Assembly: GCA_030704615.1 (NCBI GenBank)
Contig: CM060731.1
Location: 3,906,001-3,970,000 of the forward strand
Length of the DNA stretch: 64,000 nucleotides
Reading direction: 5' to 3'
Source of the DNA: Takakia lepidozioides
Taxonomy: Eukaryota > Plantae > Bryophyta
Shown: one piece after another, positions 1-12,533 of the stretch
Layout: every line of letters begins with the position of its first letter
Position numbering within the stretch: the stretch's first letter is position 1
Made by a program: the position numbers and the translations under genes
Notes under the pieces: model-generated
Told to the model about the DNA's origin: nothing
Seen by the model: only the letters and a program-made list of their open reading frames with translations
Databases searched by the model: none

Positions 1-99
1 AATTTGTGGCGGAGCCCACGTGAGGGGTCCCGCCCTGCAGAAGGGTGATGACTTCTTCCAGCCAATGTGGCTTGTGAATGAATTGGTCCTCTTTCTTAC

Positions 100-3000
100 C
101 GTCCGCAAACACATAATTAAAAGGTATAATAGTACTATGATGCTTGTCAGGGGAAACCCACTTCCCTCTCCATGAAAATAGTTCCGAGAGCGCCCTCACA
201 CTCATCGTTTACGCAAAATCCGGACAAGGCAAGTAGGGAATTCCTCCCCACGGTAACCTTATATTCTTTGCCATGGAAGAACTGAGCCAATAGACAGCAC
301 TGTGTAAATCCGTCCATACCCCGGGCAGGACTTCGTGATACGAGCCACCCGAGCCTGCCAAAATTCTAGCCGTTCCATCTTGCATTCGTGAGCTGCTGCA
401 CCTGAAGCAGCCGACACGGCGCACTGTTTTTCCTTCCATCTCTTTTTGTTGGGTGGGAGTCGGCACCGGGTGGATGCATTGCCGAGATTGTGGCACCATC
501 TGTGCCAACAGTGCACAAGGGCACACTCGGGAATCGGGCAAGACAAAACCCTCCCTCCTCCACCTGCTATCTCGGTTGTTTGTTTTGACAGCGACGTCCC
601 AAGTTTCACAGGCCAAATTGCGGGGGGGGAGGGGTTTTCATCATCACCGAAGGACGAAACTGTCCCTTGACGCATCATGCCCTCATCCGTCTGGGCAGAA
701 CCAGAAACTTTGTCCTTTTTGACTCCCCCACTATGATAAAGGTCGAACAACCCTGTGAATGTTGGAGCTGGAGTCTTTGCATATTTTGATTTGCATTCTT
801 GAAAGAGGGGGGCCGAATTGCCATGCAAGCAACTTCTAGATCCTGGTGGGGGTGCGTTCTATATGCCACCACTATCAATGCAATCAGATTCCTGCCACCA
901 TGGCCACCACCTCCTCCTCCAATGGATTCTTGTTGCTGTGCTTGCATGTTCTGCACCTGCTCACAGGAGGAGGACCCACCTGGGAAGGGGCCGGCACACG
1001 ACTTAGTCTGCACTGGAGACAACCTTTGGCACAGAGAAATTGGACCTTGTCTGGGCGATGGGAATCTCCATCTGACCCTGGAAGAGTGTTCAATCCTTTT
1101 TGCATGATCCAAATCTTTCCTCGCTTTCCAAATGAGGGAGCCTGGATTGCAAATGGGAGCCTTTAGTGCACCTGTTCAGAGCTCTGGCCATCTTGGATGG
1201 GTCTCCGGACCTACTCACAGCCCTTAGCATCAACAAAGTCGTACCGGGGCCCTTGCCTCCACCCCGTCCCATCAGAAAATGGCGCTACCTGGTTTGTTTT
1301 GTGTAAGTGCCCGCACCATGTCATCATCAGCATGGCCACATACAAGTCACGACCTGCTTTGGTAGATTGCTGCATCCAGGCGTTATGAACAGTCTCCGCC
1401 AAATTACAGGATGGCATGTCGGCCAAGTCCTCATGCAAGCGACAATCCAAGAACCCAAAATGAAGAGGCACGATGCAAAATTTCTGATTTTGGGATTCAA
1501 GAGGCTTACGTCGTCATGAAGCTCCCCACTGTCTGTATCTGAAGTGCCAGAAAACCAACCAGTCCTCCAACTCCTTTAGGGTGGATACCAGTAGCAGCAC
1601 CAGAGGAGAACCACCAAGCTCGGATTGCTTGGTAAGTGCTCTCAGCTTCTCCCATTGAGTTTGCATTTTTGTACTTGAAACAGAGCCTTCTGTGCTCCAA
1701 CTGAAGGTCAGGGCGAATCAGCGCTTTGTATGACGTGCCAGAGATTGACTCCAATGGAAGAGGCATGTGCGCTCCCTATTTTCCATTGGGACCTTAGGAT
1801 CCCCCGAACCAAACACGCGCCGCACTGCATTGAAATTTGCTTGTGCACTATCCAGCCATGAAGCCCGCAAATTTGTGTTCTGTATTCCATTGCGCTACAT
1901 GACGGCCAGGAGCGAATTCCCATGAGCATCTGGGATTCAAGTGTCCTCCGACTGCCCATAATCACAAATTGCTATTGAGAGCACACGCTGGTACGCTGGA
2001 TCATACACATGGCACGCCATGGTTGCCCTTCACCCGTTTGCAAGTGATCAAACATCAACCAACATTTAGCCAAATCTCCTCCAGGTTGCATTCGGCGGAC
2101 AATGCTCACACCACCTGCCTTCGCCCACTGCGGACATCTTGAACCAAATACACCTTGGATGAGCCCTGGCCAGGGAAGATACTGTGTTTGAATGAATTCA
2201 TAGCGACTTCTCGTTTGGGTCCATAATGTTGTCCATGAATCCAGAAGTGCCTGTGCCGACTCTGATGTTCATTCACCTGGTTTCGAATATTGGGAGAGCT
2301 CAACACGGAGAAATGGTCCATCACTGCATCAAGCGAATGAATCTGCATCCAGCATTGGTTGTGTCGAATCCCCTTCACCCAATATGTGTTTTTCCAGGAA
2401 AGCCTTGCTGGCTGCAAGTGTTATAGCAGAAGGTGTTGCACAAGGGGCATTGTGGAACTCCTGCTTCAGCAGATTTCTAGCGATGTCCACGCTATCCCTG
2501 CAACTTCCTTTGGACACAGGATGCTCGTGTGCACCCATATGAATGCAGGCACGAGTCATTGTCTTGCATCGTGGTGCCACCTGGTACATACGAGCGTGGC
2601 ACACAGAAAACCCAGGACGGGGAAAGTTGCAGAAACCTGCACACAAAAGTATTGGTCTTGGGAGGGGCCAAGTCCCTGGGTGAAAGGATTCAAGGGGCAC
2701 ACCTTCCCACTCACTTTCATTTGGTTGAGCGTTATTTCTCAGGCGAGGGCAAGATATATTCAGGCACTTACAATGCCCAACGCAAACCGACCTTCGAAAT
2801 TTCAATCCAATGTCGTTGTGGATGTTTGACGTTTTTGTCCTGCACCAAGGGTGTCCGTCATGTTTCTGTCGTCCATGCCCTACAGAAGAGCCCAGCCAGT
2901 CCATTGGAAGACGTGGGAGGGTTGAGCTCAAACAAGATGTCCCCATCAAACTCTGCTGGCACGTATGAACCCGCTGCACACGAAGGGACTCCCAATCAAC

Positions 3001-3500
3001 AAAACGCAGCTCGCTCTTGCACCCAGGCACCCCTGCGAGGGCTTTTAATTTTGGAATGACACTCGTTATCTCTTGCAATTGGATTCATCCAAGATGGAGT
3101 CTGCACTGGCGGAGGAATCTCAGAAACATCCTCCGAGGACGAGTCTGAAAGAGTCACGAATGTAGTGGATGTGCTCACCTCTTGTTTCACATGAAACTGT
3201 GCCCTTTGCTGCACGACCGATGCAGCAGTTCCAGGGGTAATGACTGATCCTGCTGATTGTCTTCTTGTCTTCTATTTTCCAAGGACCGGTATGTGCTTGG
3301 AAGGACTCTCCACTTCCTTCCACACTCGCCAACCAATGGTTTCTCCAAATGTCCAGAATCCAAATTCCCATCCTCGTCATACACCCTCTTTTTGCACAGC
3401 AGAGAAACCCAATTCCAGTGGGGAACACTGTAACCAGCTCATCCTCATGAACAACTGCAAACCCATCGTCGTCTGCAGTGGCAGTCAGTGGAATACCCTG
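100..3500 (-). pseudogene. MULE transposase with N-terminal GCM-like Zn-binding domain, DDE core and C-terminal SWIM-like finger; many frameshifts
   Basis: Stitching frames gives PAEFDGDILFEL, DGHPWCRTKTSN..RRSVCVGHCKCLNISC..CHARMY..HMGAHEHP (GCM/WRKY-like), WLMFDH (D1), FMAxDSAQANF (D2), CLFHW (CxxH), CNLAETVHNAW (E) and a PCPDF SWIM-like end at about 150-230. Numerous 1-bp indels. Confidence 0.75.
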
Positions 3501-5054
3501 CATTGGAATGAAATCGGGCTAGTCTATCTCTCTTCCTGGACATGTTTTTCCTACGCTGACCGAAACTTTCGATTCACACGGAATCCCCGAATTGATAGGT
3601 AGGCCGCAATTCTCGAAAGGGGATCCACCACAAAAAAATTGAGGTCAACAAGGGTAGCACTAACCCAAAGGCTGTGGGCGATGCATCAAAAGGATGCAAG
3701 AATGACATGCACTGAACTTCTTCGCAGACAACCACGCTGAGAGACACCAACTAGAAAAACTGTTTCAAATACAGGAAGCCACAAGAAGCCGTGCTGTTTT
3801 TGGATGAAAAACCAACCCTGAACATGACATGAAACCATCCTTTATGGAAAGACGGCAACAACCCTGGAGAGCAGTAAACAAAGACCCCGAATGTAATGAG
3901 GTTGTGCCGTGCCAGAAGAGCACAACACAAAACACTGACACTCCAAGAGTCACCTCGCACGGATGTGTACAACACAAGATCATTTCCGACACAACCCTTT
4001 ATACCGAATGACCCCATGGCGACGATGACGGCAAAATGCAAAGCACAGGGCAGGCAGTACGACACACGTGGATGCATATGTGAAGCACAACATTTATGGC
4101 GAATCTGCAAGAACTGCTCCAAATTGAACTATCATTAGATTTCTACGGCACTTCCGAATTTGAAACCATGCAAGAAGGCCGCCATATATTGGCAGGCGGC
4201 GAAGTAATCTGACATATATCACAAGTACATGCAACGGATGTACATATTTTCTAGCACTTTATTTCTTGAGAATAACAAAGACGCCGAAATGGATGAATTC
4301 CGTTCGCACACAATAACAACACCCGCATCCAAATACGGTTGACAATGTCCAATTTTGATTTTGGTTACATGCAATAGCAACCCTTGTTGCAAACGTCAAA
4401 CTGGAGAGCTCTAGAGGCATCGTGGGGAGCCCTTGTTTCCAGCGGAGGAGGAAGAGAAAGAAGTCATTATACTTCACGAGCTCTAGAAACAGGAATAGAG
4501 CCAGATATAGAATGAGGATGGAAAGAGTGGCCGAAGAGGAAAAGGCGGAAGAGAGGGCAAGAGCAAAGTTCGGCGATGGAAGAGCAGAATCCGGAGAAGA
4601 ACAGCAGCCTGCCATAGTTCCAAGAACAGATGAGGAGGACACTGCATCCGAGGGAGAGGCAGACGCCGAAGATGATGTTGACGCTGGCCTCACAAAGAAC
4701 CTAATAGTGGAAGACAGGATGGGGGAGATGCTCTAGAACATGCGAGGCGTGGGGAGCAGTCCGAAGAGCAAAGGGTCCCCGACGATTGGGGAGTCTTCTG
4801 GAGCAGCCAAAAAAAAGGTTCAATCTTTGAAACCCACCTTTGTGCTTCATTGCTGATGTGAACCCAAGTTGAGATTCTATTTCGATATGAACTAGTCTAC
4901 ACACGGCATCTCTGCCAGGTGCATCAACCGCGAACAAGAAGCTCAAAGAGTGTGCGTTGATGCACACTTTTTGAGCCTTCCATTTTGCTGGCTTGTTGAT
5001 GTGCGGAACGGCCAAATTGGGGAACTACGGTAGGTTCAATCCACCACGAATTGG

Positions 5055-8000
5055 AAGCTGAAACAGTGTGCGTTGATGCACACTGTTTGAGCCCCGCATT
5101 TTATTTGCTTGATGGTGAGCAAAACGGCCAGATAGGGCCATTATGCCCGGTTCAATTCTCCACTATTTGGCAGCTCAAACAGTGTGCGTTGGCGCACACT
5201 CTTTGAGCCCACCTTGTCATTGTTTTTTCATCTGAAAAACGGCCACAAACGACATGTATTTGAGGACCAATCATCACTTACATGGCAGCTCAAACAGTGT
5301 GCGTCCACGCACACTGTTGAGCTCACCTTGTCATTGCCTTTGTCATCTGAAAATCGGCCACATAGGGTATGAATTTGAGGATCAATCATCACTTACTTGG
5401 CAGCTCAAACAATGTGCGTTGGCGCACACTGTTTGAGCTACCCTTATCATTGCCTTTTTCGTTTCAAAATCGGCCATATAGGGCATGTCTCTGAGGATCG
5501 ATGAACACTTATCTGGCAGCTCAAACAGTGTGCGTTGGCGGACACTGTTTGAGCCCAACTTATCACTGTTTTTTCCCTGTGAAATTCGGCAATACAGGGC
5601 ATGTCTCTGAGGTTCACTGAACACTTACCTGGCAGCTCAAACAGTGTGCGTCAACGCACACTGTTTGAGCTCACCTTGTCATTGCCTTTCTCATCTAAAA
5701 ATCGGCCACATAGGATATGAATTTGAGGATCAATCATCACTTACCTGGCAGCTCAAACAGTGTGCGTTGGCGCACACTCTTTGAGCTACCCTTATCATTG
5801 CCTTTTTCGTTTGAAAATCGGCAACATAGGGCATGTCTCTGAGGATCGATGAACACTTATCTGGCAGCTCAAATAGTGTGCGTTGGCGCACACTATTTGA
5901 GCCCACCTTGTCACTGTTTTTTCCGTGTGAAATTCGGCAATATAGGGCATGTCTCTGAGGTTCAATGAACACTTACCTGGCAGCTCAAACAGTGTGCGCC
6001 AACGCAAACTGTTTGAGCTCACCTTGTCATTGCCTTTGTCATCTGAAAATCGGCCACATAGGGTTTGTATTTGAGGATCAATCATCACTTACCTGACAGC
6101 TCAAACAGTGTACGTTTGCACACACTGTTTGAGGCCACCTTGTCACTGTTTTTTCCCTGTGAAATTCGGCAATACAGTGCATGTATCTGAGGTTCAATGA
6201 ACACTTACCTGACAGCTCAAACAGTGTGCGTCAACGCATACTGTTTGAGCTCACCTTGTCATTGCTTTTGTCATCTGAAAATCGGCCACATAGTGTTTCT
6301 ATTTGAGGATCAATCATCACTTACCTGGCAGCTCAAACAGTGTGCGTTGGCGCACACTGTTTGAGCTACCCTTATCATTGCATTTTTCGTTTCAAAATTG
6401 GCCACATAGGGCATGTCTCTGAGGATTGATGAACACTTATCTGGCAGCTCAAACAGTGTGCGTTGGCGCACACTGTTTGAGCCCACCTTGTCACTGTTTT
6501 TTCCCTATGAAATTGGGCAATCCAGGCATGTCTCTGAGGTTCAATGAACACTTACCTGGCAGCTTAAACAGTGTGCGTGAAAGCACAATGTTTGAGCTCA
6601 CCTTGTCATTGCCTTTGTCATCTGAAAATCGGCCACATAGGGTATGAATTTGAGGATCAATCATCACTTACCTGGCAGCTGAAACAGTGTGCATTGGTGC
6701 ACACTGTTTGAGCTACCCTTATCATTGCCTTTTTCGTTCGAAAATCGGCCACATAGGGCATGTCTCTAAGGATCGATGAACACTTATCTGGCAGCTCAAA
6801 CAGTGCGTTGGCGCACACTGTTTGAGCCCACCTTGTCACTGTTTTTTCCCTCTGAAATTCGGCAATCCAGGCATGTCTCTGAGGTTCAATGAACACTTAC
6901 CTGGCAGCTTAAACAGTGTGCGTCAAAGCACAATGTTTGAGCTCACCTTGTCATTGTCTTTGTCATCTGAAAATCGGCCACATAGGGTTTGTATTTGAGG
7001 ATCAATCATCACTTACCTGGCAGCTGAAACAGTGTGCGTTGGCGCACACTCTTTGAGCTACCCTTATCATTGCCTTTTTCGTTTGAAAATCGGCCACATA
7101 GGGCATGTCTCTGAGGATCGATGAACACTTATCTGGCAGCTCAAAGAGTGTGCATTGGCGCACACTGTTTGAGCCCACCTTGTCACTGTTTTTTCCCTGT
7201 GAAATTCGGCAATACAGGGCATGTCTCTGAGGTTCAATGAACACTTACCTGGCAGCTCAAAGAGTGTGCGTCAACGCACATTGTTTGAGCTCACCTTGTC
7301 ATTGCCTTTGTCATCTGAAAATCGGCCACATAGGGTTTGTATTTGAGGATCGATCATCACTTACCTGACAGCTCAAACAATGTGCGTTTGCGCACACTGT
7401 TTGAGCCCACCTTGTCACTGTTTTTTCCCTTTGAAATTCGGCAATACAGTGCATGTCTCTAAGGCTCAATGAACACTTACCTGACAGCTCAAACAGTGTG
7501 CGTCAACGCATACTGTTTCAGCTCACCTTGTCATTGATTTTGTCATCTGAAAATCGGCCACATAGGGTATGAATATGAGGATCAATCATCACTTACCTGG
7601 CAGCTCAAACAGTGTGCGTTGGCGCACACTGTTTGAGCTACCCTTATCATTTCTTTTTTCGTTTGAAAATCGGCCACATAGGGCATGTCTCTGAGGATCG
7701 ATGAACACTTATCTAGCAGCTCAAACAGTGTGCGTTGGCGCACACTGTTTGAGCCCACCTTGTCACTGTTTTTTCCCTGTTAAATTCGGCAATCCAGGCA
7801 TGTCTCTGAGGTTCAATGAACACTTACCTGGCAGCTTAAACAGTGTGCGTGAAAGCACAATGTTTGAGCTCACCTTGTCATTGCCTTTGTCATCTGAAAA
7901 TCGGCCACATAGGGTGTGAATTTGAGGATCAATCATCACTTACCTGGCAGCTCAAACAGTGTGCGTTGGCGCACACTGTTTGAGCTTCCCTTATCATTGC

Positions 8001-11000
8001 CTTTTTTTGTTTAAAAATCGGCCACATAGGGCATGTCTCTTAGGATCGATGAACACTTATCTGGCAGCTCAAAGAGTGTGCATTGGCGCACACTGTTTGA
8101 GCCCACCTTGTCACTGTTTTTTCCCTGTGAAATTCGGCAATACATGGCATGTCTCTGAGGTTCAATGAACACTTACCAGGCAGTTCAAACAGTGTGCGTC
8201 AACGCACATTGTTTGAGCTCACCTTGTCAATACCTTTGTCATCTGAAAATCGGTCACATAGGGTTTGTATTTGAGGATCGATCATCACTTACCTGACAGC
8301 TCAAAGAGTGTGCGTTTGCGCACACTGTTTGAGCCCACCTTGTCACTATTTTTTCCCTATGAAATTTGGCAATCCAGGCATGTCTCTGAGGTTCAATGAA
8401 CACTTACCTGGCAGCTTAAACAGTGTGCGTGAAAGCACAATGTTTGAGGTCACCTTGTCATTGTCTTTGTCATCTGAAAATCGGCCACATATGGTTTGTA
8501 TTTGAGGATCAATCATCACTTACCTGGCAGCTGAAACAGTGTGCGTTGGCGCACACTCTTTGAGCTACCCTTATCATTGCCTTTCTCGTTTGAAAATCGG
8601 CCACATAGGGCATGTCTCTGAGGAATGATGAACACTTATCTGGCACCTCAAACAGTGTGCATTGGCGCACACTGTTTGAGCCCACCTTGTCACTGTGTTT
8701 TCCCTGTGAAATTCGGCAATACAGGGCATGTCTCTGAGGTTCAATGAACACTTACCTGGCAGCTCAAACAGTGTGCGTCAACGCACATTGTTTGAGCTCA
8801 CCTTGTCATTGCCTTTGTCATCTGAAAATCAGCCTTATAGGGTTTGTATTTGAGGATCGATCATCACTTACCTGACAGCTCAAACAGTGTGCGTTTGCAC
8901 ACACTGTTTGAGCCCACCTTGTCACTGTTTTTTCCCTGTGAAATTCGGCAATACAGGGCATGTCTCTAAGGTTCAATGAACACTTACCTGACAGCTCAAA
9001 CAGTGTGCGTCAACTCATACTGTTTGAGCTCACCTTGTCATTTGCTTGTCATCTGAAAATTGGCCACATAAGGTATGAATTTGAGGATCAATCATCACTT
9101 ACCTGGCAGCTCAAACAGTGTGCGTTGGCGCACATTGTTTGAGCTACCCTTATCATTTCTTTTTTCGTTTGAAAATCGGCCACATAGGGCATGTCTCTGA
9201 GAATCGATGAACACTTATCTAGCATCTCAAACAGTGTGCGTTGGCGCACACTGTTTGAGCCCACCTTGTCACTGTTTTTTCCCTGTTAAATTTGGCAATC
9301 CAGGCATGTCTCTGAGGTTCAATGAACACTTACCTGGCAGCTTAAACAGTGTGCGTGAAAGCACAATGTTTGAGCTCACCTTGTCATTGCCTTTGTCATC
9401 TGAAAATCGGCCACATAGGGTGTGAATTTGAGGATCAATCATCACTTACCTGGCAGCTCAAACAGTGTGCGTTGGCGCACACTGTTTGAGCTTCCCTTAT
9501 CATTGTCTTTTATTGTTTAAAAATCGGCCACATAGGGCATGTCTCTTAGGATCAATGAACACTTATCTGGCACCTCAAACAGTGTCCATTGGCGCACACT
9601 GTTTGAGCCCACCACGTCACTGTTTTTTCCCTGTGAAATTCGGCAATACATGGCATGTCTCTGAGGTTCAATGAACACTTACCAGGCAGTTCAAACAGTG
9701 TGCGTCAACACACATTGTTTGAGCTCACCTTGTCATTGCCTTTGTCATCTGAAAATCGGCCACATAGGGTTTGTATTTGAGGATCGATCATCACTTACCT
9801 GACAGCTCAAAGAGTGTGCGTTTGCGCACACTGTTTGAGCCCACCTTGTTACTATTTTTTTCCCTGTGAAATTCGGCAATACAAGGCATGTCCCTGAGGT
9901 TCAATGAACACTTACCTGGCAGCTCAAACATTGTGCGTCAACGCACACTGTTTGAGCTCACCTTGTCAATGCCTTTGTCATCTGAAAATTGGCCACATAG
10001 GAATTGTATTTGAGGATCAATCATCACTTTCCCGACAGCTCAAACAATGTGCGTTGGCGCACACTATTTAAGCCCACCTTGTCACTTTTTTTTCCCTGTG
10101 AAATTCGGCAATACAGGGCATGTCTCTGAGGTTCAATGAACACTTACCTGGCAGCTCAAACAGTGTGCGTCAACGCACACTGGTTGACCTCACCTTCTCA
10201 TTGCTTCTGTCATCTGAAAATCGACCACATAGGGTTTGTATTTGAGGATCAATCATCACTTACCCGGCAGCTCAAACAATGTGCGTTGGCTCACACCGTT
10301 TGAGCCCACCTTGTAACTATTTTTTCCCTGTGAAATTCAGCAATACATGGCATGTCTCTTAGGTTCAATGAACACTTACCTGGCAGCTCAAACAGTGTGC
10401 GTCAACGCACACTGTTTGAGGTTACCTTGTCATTGCCTTTGTCATCTGAAAATCAGCCACATATGGTTTGTATTTGAGGATCAATCATCACTTACATAGC
10501 AGCTCAAACAGTGTGCGTCAACGCACACTGTTTGAGCTCACCTTGTCATTGCCTTTATCATCTGAAAATCGGCCACATTGGGTATGAATTTGAGGATCAA
10601 TCATCACTTACATGGCAGCTCAAACAGTGTGCGTTGGCGCACACTGTTTGAGCTACCCTTATCATTGCCTTTTTCGTTTGAAAATCGGCCACATAGGGCA
10701 TGTCTCTTAGGATCGATGAACACTTATCTGGAAGCTCAAACAGTGTGCGTTGGCGCAGACTGTTTGAGCCCACCTTGTCATTGTTTTTTCATCTGAAAAA
10801 CGGCCAGCAACGGCATGTATTTGAGGATCAATCATCACTTACATGGTAGCTCAAAAAGTGTGCGTCAAGGCACACTGTTTGCGCTCACCTTGTCATTGCC
10901 TTTGTCATCTGAAAATCGGCCACATAGGGTATGAATTTGAGGATCAATCATCACTTACCGGGCAGCTCAAACAGTGTTCTTTGGCACACACTGCTTGAGC

Positions 11001-12460
11001 TACCCTTATCATTACCTTTTTCGTTTGAAAATCGGCCATATAGGGCATGTCTCTCAGGATCGATGAACACTTATTTGGCAGCTCAAACAGTGTGCGTTGG
11101 CGCACACTGTTTGAGCCCACCTTGTCACTGTTTTTTCCTTCTGAAATTCGGCAATACAGGGCATGTCTCTGAGGTTCACTGAACACTTACCTGGCATCTC
11201 AAACAGTGTGCGTCAACGCACACTGTTTGAGCTCACCTTGTCATTGCCTTTGTCATCTGAAAATCGGCCACATAGGGTATGAATTTGAGGATCAATCATC
11301 ACTTACCTGTAGCTCAAACAGTGTGCCTTGGCGCACACTGTTTGAGCCCACCTTGTCACTGTTTTTTCCCTGTGAAATTCGGCAATACAGGGCATGTCTC
11401 TGAGGTTCAATGAACACTTACCTGGCAGCTCAAAAAGTGCGCGCCAACGCAAACTTTTGAGCTCACGTTGTCATTGCCTTTGTCATCTGAAAATCGGCCA
11501 CATAGGGTTTGTATTTGTGGATCAATCATCACTTACGTTTTTGCTCAAACAGTGTGCGTTTGCGCACACTGTTTGAGCCCACCTTGTCACTGTTTTTTCC
11601 CTGTGAAATTCGGCAATACAGGGCATGTCTCTGAGGTTCAATGAACACTTACCTGACAGCTCAAACAGTGTGCGTCAATGCATACTGTTTGAGCTCACCT
11701 TGTCATTGCCTTTGTCATCTGAAAATTGGCCACATACGGTTTGTATTTGAGGATCAATCATCACTTACCTGGCAGCTCAAACAGTGTGCGTTGGCGCACA
11801 CTGTTTGAGCCCACCTTGTCACTGTTTTTTTCCTGTGAAATTCGGCAATACAGGGCATGTCTCTGAGGTTCAATGAAGACTTACCTGGTAGCTCAAACAG
11901 TGTGCGTCAACGCACACTGTTTGAGCTCTCCTTGTCATTGCCTTTGTCATATGAAAATCGGCCACATACGGTTTGTATTTGAGGATCAATCATCACTTAC
12001 CTGGCAGCTCAAACAGTGTGCGTTGGCACACACTGTTTGAGCCCACCTTGTCACTGTTTTTTCCCTGTGAAATTCGGCAATACAGGGCATGTCTTCTAGG
12101 TTCAATGAACACTTACCTGGCAGCTCAAAGAGTGTGCGTCAACACACACTGTTTGAGCTCACCATGTCATTGCCTTTGTCATCTGAAAATCGGCCACTTA
12201 GGGCTTCTCTTTGAGGTTCAATGAACACTTACCTGGCATGTCTCTGAGGTTCACTGAACACTTACCTTGCAGCTCAAAAAGTGTGCGTCAACGCACACTG
12301 TTTGAGCTCATATTTTTTTATTTTTTTCATTTGAAAATCGGCCACTAAGGGCTTCCCATTGAGGTTCAATGACAACTTACGTGGCATGTCTTTGAGGTTC
12401 AATGAACACTTACCTTGAAGCTCAAACAGTGTGCGTCAACGCACACTGTTTGAGCTCACC
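5055..12460. repeat. Tandem array of about 63 x 116-bp monomers (variants A/B/C) with higher-order structure; each monomer carries a 16-17-bp-arm palindrome
   Basis: Monomer core GCTCAAACAGTGTGCG-(TTGG/TCAA)-CGCACACTGTTTGAGC. Repeated ORF copies are offset by 348 bp (5382/5730) and 1506-1507 bp (7701/9207, 7959/9465, 7002/8509). Confidence 0.97.
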
Positions 12461-12533
12461 TTTTCTTCCACACATGGCCTGTCTGCCATGCTCAAACACG
12501 ATCGTCTCATGGCTCACTCCTATATCAATTTGA

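Noticed and set aside
4422-4736. Acidic/charged 104-aa ORF inside the giant element
   Set aside because: Low complexity with no domain; cannot be supported without homologues.
5184-12224. Many 60-97-aa ORFs in the array
   Set aside because: By-products of a 116-bp repeat on both strands; frame is not preserved between monomers.
5055-12460. CRISPR array
   Set aside because: The sequences between palindromes are themselves repeated rather than unique spacers, no cas genes are present, and the context is eukaryotic.
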